This document shows positions 8,960-18,321 of a stretch of DNA of 64,000 nt, one piece after another; positions within the stretch are counted from its first letter, which is position 1; the number at the start of each line of letters is the position of its first letter. Below the pieces are notes generated by a model. That model had not been told where the DNA came from and made no database searches. It saw only the letters and a program-made list of their open reading frames with translations. The stretch is from positions 10,527 to 74,526 of the forward strand of contig JADFOI010000002.1 of assembly GCA_022562935.1 (NCBI GenBank). The letters are read 5' to 3'. This DNA comes from Acidobacteriota bacterium (GTDB lineage Bacteria; Acidobacteriota; UBA6911; RPQK01; JADFOI01). The translations under genes were made by a program, and so were the position numbers.

Positions 8960-9982
8960 TCAACTGACAACTGACAGCTGTCCGTTGTCCCCTAGCTCGA
9001 TGCGGAAAAGATTCGCGCTGTCCACCAGATAGAGGGAATGGCGTGAGTTGTCGTAAGCGAAACCCACCAACATGGGACCGGAAACGGTCAGCTCAGGAGT
9101 CCCATTTCGAAAGGTGTAAAGTCCTTTTCTGCCCTGCCAGGAGGCGGTTACCTGCAGCTGTCCCTGGGGGTCAAACCCCAGCCCCTGGGGGCGTCCAAAC
9201 CCTTTGAAGTACACCTCAACTTCACCTTCCTTCGACACCCGATAAATGGAGTCCTGAGTTGCCAGCGTGGGGCCCGTCACAAAAAGAGTATCATCCGGGT
9301 CCACTGCCAAATGATAGGCAGAAACACTGGGTTCCAAACTGCACAAGACAGAGATCTCCTGTTTGGGGCTCACCTTGTAAATCTTGCCGCCTCGGTCTCC
9401 CACCAGAAGGTTCTTTTGGGAATCGAAGACCAATCCCGTGGCCAACCCGAGTCCATCCACATATTTCTCAATCTGCTTGTCGAAGGTTGAGCGGTACACG
9501 GCTCCTGTGTGTCGACTGGTGATGTAAAGACAGTCATCCGGGCCGATAGCCAAACCCGTCGGATTGATCACATCAGCAAGGAAAGGATGCTTACTCCCAT
9601 CGGCATGGACTACGAACACGCTGAAGGGAACCTTTTCCCCTCGAGTTCCGCTGAGGGTCACGTACACATTGCCCATCGAGTCCACCACCGGATTGGCCAC
9701 CGGATGGAGCTCGGAGGCGATGACCCGGCCTACCTGCAGATCAATGCGCTGCTCCCCATGGTTGTAAATCACCAGACCATTCCCACACCTTGCAGGAATC
9801 CGGACCGTCAACATCCTGGAGGAAGCTCCTGCAATCTCGGCTTTGACATCGCCCACATCGACCCGAACTTCCGAGGGATCTTCGAGTCCTTCCAACTCCA
9901 CTCGAACGGTTCCTCCAGGCAGTGTAATGGCGGGCTTGACGGCTGTTATTTGCATTCGAACCCAACTATAACATGGGGCCAA
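8960..9982 (-). CDS. IPT/TIG-domain plus NHL / SMP-30-like beta-propeller protein
   Basis: 340 aa. The N-terminal ~80 aa are Ig-like (ITAVKPAITLPGGTVRVELEGL...). Repeated blades follow (NPTGLAIGPDDCLYITS, ATGLVFDSQKNLLVGD, PQGLGFDPQGQL). The likely start is M10 at 9955. The last codons (GQLSVVS) are encoded by a heptamer repeat. Confidence 0.6.
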   Translation of the reverse strand: MAPCYSWVRMQITAVKPAITLPGGTVRVELEGLEDPSEVRVDVGDVKAEIAGASSRMLTVRIPARCGNGLVIYNHGEQRIDLQVGRVIASELHPVANPVVDSMGNVYVTLSGTRGEKVPFSVFVVHADGSKHPFLADVINPTGLAIGPDDCLYITSRHTGAVYRSTFDKQIEKYVDGLGLATGLVFDSQKNLLVGDRGGKIYKVSPKQEISVLCSLEPSVSAYHLAVDPDDTLFVTGPTLATQDSIYRVSKEGEVEVYFKGFGRPQGLGFDPQGQLQVTASWQGRKGLYTFRNGTPELTVSGPMLVGFAYDNSRHSLYLVDSANLFRIELGDNGQLSVVS

Positions 9983-10023
9983 TCCCCCACCAAAAACGTT
10001 CGTGGTAAACTGAGGGTTTTGAT

Positions 10024-12900
10024 ATGCGGAAGAACACCCCTCGTGGCAGGTACATCCACATTCTGGGGGCCCAGCAAAACAATCTGAAGAATATCGATGT
10101 GAAGATTCCCATCGACCGTCTGACCGTGGTGACCGGAGTCAGCGGGTCAGGAAAGTCCAGTCTGGCCTTCGACACACTCTACGCAGAGGGACAACGTCGC
10201 TATGTCGAGTCCCTTTCCGCCTACGCCCGTCAATTCCTGGAACGAATCAACAAACCCCGCGTGCGTGAAATCAAGGGCATCAGCCCGGCCATTGCCATTC
10301 GCCAAAAAAGCACTTCCCGAAATCCGCGTTCTACAGTGGGTACAGCCACGGAAATTTACGATTATTTGCGGCTTCTCTATTCACGGGTGGGTACCATCAT
10401 CTGCCACCAATGCGGCAGAGAAGTCACCAAAAATGTCCTTGATAAGGTCACCGAGCAGCTCATGCTCCTGGGGAAAGGTACCCGTATCTACATCACCTTC
10501 CCATTCAAGGGCAGCCGTCTGGACCTGAATTTAGACAACGACGGGAGTCCATTCCCCTTGAATTCGATGCTGGAAAATCTTCTGAAACAAGGGTTCCGCC
10601 GCCTCATCGTAGGCAAGATTTCAAAGTCCTCCATTCGTCAGCTTCCCGACCAGAGCTTTCAATCTCTTGAGGAACTGGAGCAGAGCGAGATACTGCTCGA
10701 CCGGCTGGTGATTCAACCGGATGTCGAGGATCGTCTTGCCGACTCTCTTGAGCTCTGCTACCGAGAGGGAAATGGAGTTGCCCAAATCCACATCTTCGAT
10801 GGAGAATCCGATTCCGAAGCAGCCCGCTCGCTTCGCTTCACAGAGAGATTTGAATGTCAGTACTGCAATATTGCTTACCGTTCCCTCGACCCTCGACTGT
10901 TTTCATTCAACAACCCTTACGGTGCGTGCCCGACCTGTCAGGGTTTTGGAAATACGATTACCCTGGATCCTGAACTCATTATCCCCCATCCCGAAAAAAC
11001 CCTTCGTGAAGGTGCCATTGAGCCTTTTACCAAGCCCCGTTATCGTCGCTTTCAGAAGAAGCTGGAAACCTACGCCGAGGAGAAGGAGATTTCACTGGAT
11101 AAGCCCTTTGCCCAACTTCCCGAGAGCGTCCGCCGCAGGATCTGGGATGGAGAAGGTAAGTTCCCCGGTGTGAAGGGATTTTTCGCCTCTCTGGAGAGGA
11201 AAAAATACAAGATGTACCTTCGCATCTTCGTCAGCCGGTACCGCGGCTACACCGTGTGTCCGGACTGTGGCGGCGAGCGTCTTTGTCAGGAAGCGAGAGA
11301 CGTCTATGTGAGTCGTAAAAGAATGAGCCAGTTAACCGCTTTGCCCATTTCCGAAGTCGAGACCTTCTTCGCAGAACCCGATCTCAGCCCCACTCAGAAG
11401 CAGATCGCACAGAAGGTCTTGTGGGAAATTAAACAGCGCCTGAGATTCTTGATGAAGGTCGGCTTGGAGTACCTCACTCTGGATCGATTGACTTCGACTC
11501 TCAGTGGAGGGGAGATGCAGCGTATTCATCTGGCCGCCTCGTTGAGTTCCTCGCTGGTGGGTACTCTCTACGTTCTGGACGAACCCTCGATTGGACTCCA
11601 CAGCAGAGATGAGGGGCGACTGATTGAGATTCTCAAGGAACTGCGTGATCTGGGAAACACCATCATCGTCGTGGAACACGAGAAAGAGATGATCGAGGCC
11701 GCGGATTGCATCATCGATATGGGTCCTGGTGCGGGTGAGGAAGGAGGAGAAGTCATACACAGCGGGAATCTGGCGTCGCTGCTGACCAATGAGAATTCCC
11801 TTACCGGCCAGTATCTCACGGGAAAAAAAACCATTCCCACTCCGGTTTTCCGACGTTCCACTAACGGGAACTGTCTGACCATTCAGGGAGCCCGTCAACA
11901 TAACCTCAAGGACCTGACCGTACGCATCCCCTTGGGAGTCATGGTGTGCATCACCGGAGTCTCCGGATCCGGAAAATCCACACTGGTTCAAGACGTTCTT
12001 TACGCGGGACTCAAGAAACTCAGGGGAGAATGGAAAGACAAAGTGGGCGAATTTGACTCCATTGAAGGAGAAGAACAGCTGAGTGAGATCCTGCTGGTGG
12101 ATCAGGCCCCTATTGGCAGGACGCCTCGATCCAACCCTGTGACCTACATCAAGGTCTTCGACCAGATTCGCAAGATCTTCTCTTCCCAGCGAGAGGCCCG
12201 TTCCCGCAATTTGTCCCCAGGACACTTTTCGTTCAACATTCCCGGTGGCCGATGTGAAAACTGTCAAGGAGCTGGGACGGTTACGGTGGAAATGCAGTTC
12301 TTGGCAGATGTCGAGCTCCTGTGCGAGGACTGCAACGGAACCCGTTACTCCAAGAAGGTCCTGCAAATCACTTATAAGGGAAAAAATATCGCCGAAGTTC
12401 TGCAAATTACGGTGCGGGAGGCCCTGGAGTTCTTTAAGGCTCATCCCGGACTGGTGCGAAAACTCCGGATTCTCGACGAGGTCGGTCTCGGCTATCTTCG
12501 CCTGGGTCAGTCGGCAACAACTCTATCCGGGGGCGAAGCCCAGAGAATCAAACTCGCTTCTTATCTTTCCAAACCCACCTCCAAACACCCTCTCTTCATT
12601 TTCGATGAGCCCACCACCGGATTGCACTTCGCTGATATCAGTAAGTTGTTGCAAGCGTTTGATCGACTCATCTTTCAGGGCGCCACCGTTTTGGTGATCG
12701 AACATAATCTGGACGTGATCAAAAGCGCCGATTGGATTATCGATCTGGGACCGGAGGGGGGCAACGGGGGAGGGCACTTGATTGCCGAAGGGCCTCCGGA
12801 AACCATTGCGGCTGCGAAAGACTCCTATACGGGACAGTTTTTACGCAAGTATCTTGACTCACCCGTGGCTGACGGCGATTTAAGAGAGCTTTGCAGTTGA
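10024..12900 (+). CDS. uvrA: Excinuclease ABC subunit A
   Basis: 958 aa with two ABC ATPase modules (GVSGSGKSSLAFDTLYAEGQRRYVESLSAYARQF; second GVSGSGKSTLV), LSGGE signatures and zinc-finger Cys pairs. Confidence 0.95.
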   Translation: MRKNTPRGRYIHILGAQQNNLKNIDVKIPIDRLTVVTGVSGSGKSSLAFDTLYAEGQRRYVESLSAYARQFLERINKPRVREIKGISPAIAIRQKSTSRNPRSTVGTATEIYDYLRLLYSRVGTIICHQCGREVTKNVLDKVTEQLMLLGKGTRIYITFPFKGSRLDLNLDNDGSPFPLNSMLENLLKQGFRRLIVGKISKSSIRQLPDQSFQSLEELEQSEILLDRLVIQPDVEDRLADSLELCYREGNGVAQIHIFDGESDSEAARSLRFTERFECQYCNIAYRSLDPRLFSFNNPYGACPTCQGFGNTITLDPELIIPHPEKTLREGAIEPFTKPRYRRFQKKLETYAEEKEISLDKPFAQLPESVRRRIWDGEGKFPGVKGFFASLERKKYKMYLRIFVSRYRGYTVCPDCGGERLCQEARDVYVSRKRMSQLTALPISEVETFFAEPDLSPTQKQIAQKVLWEIKQRLRFLMKVGLEYLTLDRLTSTLSGGEMQRIHLAASLSSSLVGTLYVLDEPSIGLHSRDEGRLIEILKELRDLGNTIIVVEHEKEMIEAADCIIDMGPGAGEEGGEVIHSGNLASLLTNENSLTGQYLTGKKTIPTPVFRRSTNGNCLTIQGARQHNLKDLTVRIPLGVMVCITGVSGSGKSTLVQDVLYAGLKKLRGEWKDKVGEFDSIEGEEQLSEILLVDQAPIGRTPRSNPVTYIKVFDQIRKIFSSQREARSRNLSPGHFSFNIPGGRCENCQGAGTVTVEMQFLADVELLCEDCNGTRYSKKVLQITYKGKNIAEVLQITVREALEFFKAHPGLVRKLRILDEVGLGYLRLGQSATTLSGGEAQRIKLASYLSKPTSKHPLFIFDEPTTGLHFADISKLLQAFDRLIFQGATVLVIEHNLDVIKSADWIIDLGPEGGNGGGHLIAEGPPETIAAAKDSYTGQFLRKYLDSPVADGDLRELCS

Positions 12901-12903
12901 AAA

Positions 12904-13064
12904 CCACTTGCAGGCTTTGGCCCGTGGGCTAAAGCCCACGGCTCTGTTTCTCCCTCGTTAACCCACCGCTGTGAGTATGCCCCGCTACTCTGTCAGAGCC
13001 GCAGGCTTCAGCCTGCGGGCCGTTCGGCACCACTTCCGCTGTTTGGGGCCCGTGGGCTAAGGCC
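12904..13064. repeat. Convergent-intergenic hairpin cluster with a ~35-nt direct repeat
   Basis: A direct repeat CCACTT..C..TTTGG(G)GCCCGTGGGCTAA(A/G)GCC occurs at 12904..12936 and 13030..13064. Two hairpins are present: CCGTGGG-loop-CCCACGG (12922..12941) and CCGCAGGC-TTCA-GCCTGCGG (12999..13018). They lie between the uvrA stop and the ymdB stop and are probably bidirectional terminators. Confidence 0.55.
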
Positions 13065-13126
13065 TGCGTCTTACCAGGAGCGGGTGCCATACTGGCACGG
13101 AGTCCGACAGCACAACGGCACGCCAA

Positions 13127-13903
13127 CTAACGAACTTCGAAGCGCCGGATGGATCGGGCCGAACCGTTGGACTCGTCGACATCGAGAATAACCGAACAGA
13201 GACAGGGATTTTCTGTTGCCGGTTCAAAGTAAGACCGTAATCCCGTGCGAAAGCGGGACAGTGAGCCATCGATCTGCATCCCGATGACCGATTCATAAGA
13301 GCCGGTCATCCCCACGTCGGAAATAAAGGCCGTTCCTTCGGGAAGAACCCGCGCATCAGCAGTCGGAATGTGGGTGTGGGTTCCGAGAACGGCCGACACC
13401 TTGCCATTCATGAACCAACCAAAGGCGACTTTTTCTGAAGTCGCCTCGGCGTGAAAGTCAATGATGATCGACGAAGTCTGTCTGGCCAGCTTGGGAATTT
13501 CACGTTCGGCAAGTTGAAAGGGACAGTCGATGATCGGCATAAAGACACGTCCCTGAAGATTCACCACCGCCACCTGGGTACCGGCAGAGGTCTCTCCTAT
13601 AAACTGATAGTTGCCGGGTGTTCCTGGGGGATAGTTACCCGGTCTCAGCAGGCGGGGCTGAGCAGTCAGATAGTCATAGACCTCTTTCTTGTCCCAGATA
13701 TGATTGCCGGAGGTCATGACATCGACTCCGTAACTCAGGATCTTCTCTCCAATTGCAGGAGTGATTCCAAATCCTCCGGCCGCGTTTTCGACATTGGCGA
13801 TGGTAAATTCGATTTCGTGTTCTTCTTTGATCTGAGCAAGCTTCTCTTTCACTATTGTTCGTCCGGCCCGCCCCACGATATCGCCCACGAAGAGAATCTT
13901 CAT
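13127..13903 (-). CDS. ymdB: YmdB-family metallophosphoesterase (2',3'-cyclic-nucleotide phosphodiesterase-like)
   Basis: 258 aa with MKILFVGDIVGRAGR...ANVENAAGGFGIT...TSGNHIWD...GTHTHIPTAD. It is immediately downstream of rny, as in many bacteria. Confidence 0.88.
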   Translation of the reverse strand: MKILFVGDIVGRAGRTIVKEKLAQIKEEHEIEFTIANVENAAGGFGITPAIGEKILSYGVDVMTSGNHIWDKKEVYDYLTAQPRLLRPGNYPPGTPGNYQFIGETSAGTQVAVVNLQGRVFMPIIDCPFQLAEREIPKLARQTSSIIIDFHAEATSEKVAFGWFMNGKVSAVLGTHTHIPTADARVLPEGTAFISDVGMTGSYESVIGMQIDGSLSRFRTGLRSYFEPATENPCLCSVILDVDESNGSARSIRRFEVR

Positions 13904-13912
13904 GGCTTGGAC

Positions 13913-15487
13913 TTACTTGGCATAATCCACAACCCGCGTCTCTCGTATAAGAGTCACCTTAATTTGTCCGGGATACTGAAGTTCATTTTCAATCTTCTTG
14001 GTGATGTCTTTGGTCAGCCAAAAGGCCTGTTCATCGGAAACCTGGCTACTCTCGACGATGATGCGAACCTCTCGCCCCGCTTGGAGGGCGAAGGCTTTGG
14101 ACACTCCGGAAAATGAAGTCGCCAGCTTTTCCAGTCGCTCCAATCTCTTCACATAATTTTCCAGGACTTCCCGGCGAGCTCCCGGCCGAGCAGCGGAAGT
14201 AGCGTCGGCAGACTGTACCAGAACCGCCTCAACGGTGCGAAACTCAACATCGAAGTGATGGGCCTCCATGGCATGAATCACTTCGGGACTTTCCTTATAT
14301 TTTTGGGCAAGCTTCACTCCCAGCTGCAGGTGGGTTCCCTCCATATCCCGATCGACCGCTTTGCCCACATCATGAAGTAACCCGGCTCGCTTACTGACAT
14401 TCACATCGGCACCGATCTCACGAGCCATGATTCCCGCCAGATAGGCCACTTCCTTACTGTGTGCAAGAACATTTTGACCGTAACTAGTTCGATACTTCAG
14501 CTTGCCCACCAATCGAAGAAGGTCCGAATGGATGCCGTGAATTCCCAGCTCCAAAGCCACTTGTTCTCCCTCTTGCCGAACACTCTCCTCCATCTCCTTC
14601 TTGACCTTAGTCACCACCTCCTCGATGCGGCTTGGATGGATTCGCCCATCCTTGATGAGGCGTTCAATGGACAATCGGGCGATTTCTCGGCGTAGCGGAT
14701 CGAATCCTGACAAGATCACCGCCTCAGGAGTGTCATCGACGATTAGGTCCACGCCCGTCGCCTGCTCCAAGGCGCGGATGTTTCTCCCTTCTCTTCCAAT
14801 GATTCGCCCCTTCATGTCATCGGAAGGAAGATCCACCACAGAAACTGAGGACTCCACCACATGTTCGGCCGCACACCGCTGAATGGCCTGGGCAAGCACT
14901 TTCCGTGCTTCACGGGCAGCGTTTTCTCGAGCCTCATCTTCAATTCGTTTGGCCAACATAGCCGCATCATGATGAGCTTGTTCCTCGATGGATTGAATAA
15001 GAACTCTCTTGGCTTCTTCAGCGGTCATCCCTGCTACCGATTCCAGTCGCCTGACCTGCTCCTCAAGGACCTCCTCCAGGTGTTGTTCCCGTTCCGTTAA
15101 TTTCCTTTCCCCTTCCTGGAGTTTCTTGAGGCGTCGGTTGCTATCCTTTTCATTGCGCAGTATGGCTTGTTCTTTGCTTTGCAGATTATCCTCTGTCCTA
15201 CTCAGTCGCCGTTCCAGCTGGTTGAATTCTCTTCGGCGTTCCTGCACCTCTTTCTCCGCCTCAGAACGCCAGTCAAAGATCTGATCTTTAGCCTCCACCA
15301 GCTTCGCCTTCTTCAATCTCTCGGCCTCTTGCTGAGCGGATTTCTCGATTTCTTCGGCTTTCTTTCGAGCTTCTGCAATACGTCGGTCTGCGAACCGGAC
15401 CTTTATGACGAACCAGATCGCAACCGTCACCGCAGCCACTATCGAAAAGCCGATCCCAGTGGTCATTTCCATAAGACACTCCCACAT
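13913..15487 (-). CDS. rny: Ribonuclease Y
   Basis: 524 aa with an N-terminal TM, a long charged coiled-coil, a KH domain (GRIIGREGRNIRALE) and an HD domain (HSKEVAYLAGIMA...LLHDVGKA). Confidence 0.95.
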   Translation of the reverse strand: MWECLMEMTTGIGFSIVAAVTVAIWFVIKVRFADRRIAEARKKAEEIEKSAQQEAERLKKAKLVEAKDQIFDWRSEAEKEVQERRREFNQLERRLSRTEDNLQSKEQAILRNEKDSNRRLKKLQEGERKLTEREQHLEEVLEEQVRRLESVAGMTAEEAKRVLIQSIEEQAHHDAAMLAKRIEDEARENAAREARKVLAQAIQRCAAEHVVESSVSVVDLPSDDMKGRIIGREGRNIRALEQATGVDLIVDDTPEAVILSGFDPLRREIARLSIERLIKDGRIHPSRIEEVVTKVKKEMEESVRQEGEQVALELGIHGIHSDLLRLVGKLKYRTSYGQNVLAHSKEVAYLAGIMAREIGADVNVSKRAGLLHDVGKAVDRDMEGTHLQLGVKLAQKYKESPEVIHAMEAHHFDVEFRTVEAVLVQSADATSAARPGARREVLENYVKRLERLEKLATSFSGVSKAFALQAGREVRIIVESSQVSDEQAFWLTKDITKKIENELQYPGQIKVTLIRETRVVDYAK

Positions 15488-15626
15488 CTATTCTGAAACG
15501 GCCGTCTTAAGGGGTGGGGGGCAGGCAAGAGTCCTGGATGCCCAAGGTTATGAGCTTAGACTTTACGAACCCTCACAAGCCTTGAAGGAAGGGAAAACAC
15601 AAATCTCAGTTACCTAAAGGCACTCA

Positions 15627-15929
15627 TCAGGACCTGGAGCCAACCAAGGGGTCGAGCAGGGTGATCATTGCGTCACTCTTTTCAGTCACTGTATCATCCA
15701 GCGTTTCCAATTGGCGCCGGGCCTCGAAACGCTCATCGGCAATGTTCAAAGCCGCCAACACGGCTACTTTCAAACTATCCACTGCAGACGTTTTTTCAAA
15801 CACTTCCGTCATCACCTGATCGACGTAACGAGCAAGCTGTCTGACGTACTCAGGATCACCGCCACTGCTGACCTGATAAGTCTGATTGAAAATCTTAACG
15901 GCTGTAACCTGTTTTAAATCCTCACCCAT
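15627..15929 (-). CDS. zapA: Cell division protein ZapA
   Basis: 100 aa with VKIFNQTYQVSS...YVRQLARYVDQVM...LKVAVLAALNIADE, the typical ZapA pattern. Confidence 0.8.
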   Translation of the reverse strand: MGEDLKQVTAVKIFNQTYQVSSGGDPEYVRQLARYVDQVMTEVFEKTSAVDSLKVAVLAALNIADERFEARRQLETLDDTVTEKSDAMITLLDPLVGSRS

Positions 15930-15947
15930 TGCCCATCCAACCTACGA

Positions 15948-16205
15948 TTAACTGAACTCCTCTAAGGCAACCACTTTCTCTGCAATCTTTTCCACCCTGG
16001 ACCGAATCCTTAGACGGTCATTTTTAAATTGTTTAATCAGTTGATTCTTGGTGCTGTTATCTTTTTTGACTTCCTCCACATTTCTTCTTAATTTTTCAAC
16101 CTCCTCCTCAAGAACCTTGTTTTCAGTTTGAAGACTGCTCACAAGGTGAACCACCTGGGTGACGCGAGATTCCAACTGGTCAAGAGACTTATTCGACACG
16201 GTCAC
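15948..16205 (-). CDS. Small coiled-coil protein, ZapB-like
   Basis: 85 aa, almost entirely heptad coiled-coil (LESRVTQVVHLVSSLQTENKVLEEEVEKLRRNVEEVKK). It is directly upstream of zapA. Confidence 0.5.
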   Translation of the reverse strand: MTVSNKSLDQLESRVTQVVHLVSSLQTENKVLEEEVEKLRRNVEEVKKDNSTKNQLIKQFKNDRLRIRSRVEKIAEKVVALEEFS

Positions 16206-16239
16206 CCACGTTCCAGCCCGGACTATGCATCATCCGGAC

Positions 16240-18303
16240 TCAGGCTCGAGCTTGCATAGAAAAAGTCTTCTTCAACACCGAAAAAATCTTCTCGGTGTAA
16301 CGGTTCACTTTCTCCTGCGTTAACGTTGTTTCCGGACTGACAAAGGTCAACCGTATGGCTAAGCTAACCTTGCCCTGAGGAAGGGTTGGGCCTTGGTAGA
16401 GATCAATGAGCTGAATGTCGCGAAGATCCGGTATCCCCAGCTTCTCCACAACCGATAACATTGTAGCGTATTCCACCTCTTTGTCAACGATAAAAGAGAG
16501 GTCTCTCTCCACCGAGGGAAGCCTCTCAAAGCTCTCATATCGTGGCTCCGGGAGAGGACGCCCGTATAGGGGCTCCAGAAACAACTCTGCCACAAAGACG
16601 GGTTGTAAGAACTTATAGGATTCCTGAAGCTCAGGACGAAGCTGCCCTAAGAACCCTATGGGCTCACCATCCGCTGAGAGGCTGGCCGCCATCCCGGGAT
16701 GCAGAAACGAGACCTCCGAGGTCTCTTTGAACTCCCCCCTGCAACCGAGCATTCGGAGTAAGGTTTCGACAACTCCCTTGAGATGGTGGAAGTGAAATTC
16801 ATCGTGAGCTGTGTTCCAGAAAGGCTGATAGAACGTGCCTGTCACCACCAAGCCCAGTCGTGAGGTCTCCTTGAAGTCTGAACCGCCCTGTGCATCTCCG
16901 GGAGCAAAGACCTTACCCAACTCGAAAAGTCTGACGTTCTTGTTCCCATGGTTGAGATTCCGGCGCAAGGCCTCCACGAGTCCCGGTACAAGGCTGACCC
17001 GCAAATGGGTGTCTTCCTCGGTTAAAGGATTGGAAATAGCGGCCATTGAGGGAGAGGGGTTCCAGAAGGCAGCCTCTTTGGAGGGGTGGGTAAAGACGTA
17101 ATTAAACGCCTCCCAAAAGCCAAGCCCCTCGAGGGTTCCAGTCAAGCGGCGGTCATGCTCGTCGGTGGGCAGAAATCTCCCAAGGCTTGATGTAGCCGGA
17201 TAAGTACTCTCGATCCGATCGTATCCATAGTGCCGCGCCACTTCCTCGACCAAGTCGTCTTCGATCTGGACATCCACCCGGAAACTCGGCACCTGTACCT
17301 GCCAAATACCTTTTTCGGTTGTAGAAGTTTCAAACTCCAGACGGGACAGGGTATCGGTGACAAACCCCGGATCGATCTCCACTCCCAGCACTTTTACCAG
17401 ACGCTGGGAGCGCAGCCGCACAGACTTCTGAGCCGGGGGATTGGGATATTCATCAATAACCGGCCCGGCCATAACGCCACCTGCGATCTCCTGAATGAGG
17501 CGGCAGGTGCGATTCAAGGCCTTCACCGGGATTCGTGGATCCGCTCCCCTTTCAAAACGAAAACAGGCTTCAGTACGAAGACCCAATTTCTTGGCCGTCT
17601 GGCGAATCGAGGCAGGATTAAAGTAGGCACTCTCCAGCAGAATCACCCGCGTGTCCTGGGAAACCTCACTTTCCTCGCCTCCCATGATGCCAGCCATGGC
17701 CACGGGCTGGCGAGCATCACCTATCACCAGCATGGAGGAGTCCAGTTGACGCTCAAATCCGTCCAGGGTGGTGAGACGTTCCGAAGGTTTGGCCGCTCGA
17801 ACAATAATGCGATGTTCCTCCAGCTTGTGGTAGTCGAAAGCATGCAGCGGGTGCCCCACTTCCAGCAGAACGTAGTTGGTGATGTCGACAATATTATTAA
17901 TGGGTCTTTGTCCAACAGCCTCCAGGCGCGCCTTGAGCCAGTCTGGAGATTCTCCAATAGTGAACCCGGAGAGAACCCGTGCTGCGTAGCGCGGACACAA
18001 TTCGCGATTCTCAATGCTCACCCCGGTGGACAACTGAGTGGACGGATCTGCCTCATACTGGGGAGGAGAAAAGTCAGGATATTTGAGCTGGAGTCCAAGC
18101 TGAGCAGCAATTTCACGAGCGATTCCAAGATGATTGAGGCAATCGGGACGGTTGGTCGTCACTTCCACGTCCAAGACGGAGTCGTTTTCCAGTTCTTCAA
18201 TCTCCTCGACTGCCAAGCCCAGCTTGGTCAGGACGTTGGCAAGTCCACTGGCGTCGATGTCCAAGTCCAGAAAGTCCCCGAGCCACTGGTAGCTAATCTT
18301 CAT
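16240..18303 (-). CDS. pheT: Phenylalanine--tRNA ligase beta subunit (short form lacking the OB-fold tRNA-binding domain)
   Basis: 687 aa. The N-terminal B1 segment (MKISYQWLGDFL...GLAVEEIEEL) runs directly into ...LDVEVTTNRPDCLNHLGIAREIAA. B3/4, B5 and the C-terminal FDX-ACB-like region are present. Confidence 0.9.
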   Translation of the reverse strand: MKISYQWLGDFLDLDIDASGLANVLTKLGLAVEEIEELENDSVLDVEVTTNRPDCLNHLGIAREIAAQLGLQLKYPDFSPPQYEADPSTQLSTGVSIENRELCPRYAARVLSGFTIGESPDWLKARLEAVGQRPINNIVDITNYVLLEVGHPLHAFDYHKLEEHRIIVRAAKPSERLTTLDGFERQLDSSMLVIGDARQPVAMAGIMGGEESEVSQDTRVILLESAYFNPASIRQTAKKLGLRTEACFRFERGADPRIPVKALNRTCRLIQEIAGGVMAGPVIDEYPNPPAQKSVRLRSQRLVKVLGVEIDPGFVTDTLSRLEFETSTTEKGIWQVQVPSFRVDVQIEDDLVEEVARHYGYDRIESTYPATSSLGRFLPTDEHDRRLTGTLEGLGFWEAFNYVFTHPSKEAAFWNPSPSMAAISNPLTEEDTHLRVSLVPGLVEALRRNLNHGNKNVRLFELGKVFAPGDAQGGSDFKETSRLGLVVTGTFYQPFWNTAHDEFHFHHLKGVVETLLRMLGCRGEFKETSEVSFLHPGMAASLSADGEPIGFLGQLRPELQESYKFLQPVFVAELFLEPLYGRPLPEPRYESFERLPSVERDLSFIVDKEVEYATMLSVVEKLGIPDLRDIQLIDLYQGPTLPQGKVSLAIRLTFVSPETTLTQEKVNRYTEKIFSVLKKTFSMQARA

Positions 18304-18321
18304 TTCTTTTACTCAGCGAAA

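Noticed and set aside
11332-12444. 370-aa minus-strand ORF inside uvrA
   Set aside because: It is antisense to uvrA and has no independent support.
15488-15626. 6S RNA (ssrS) downstream of zapA, by analogy with the E. coli zapA-ssrS arrangement
   Set aside because: The gap is only 139 nt, shorter than a ~180-nt 6S RNA. I could not see the long interrupted helix with a central bubble.
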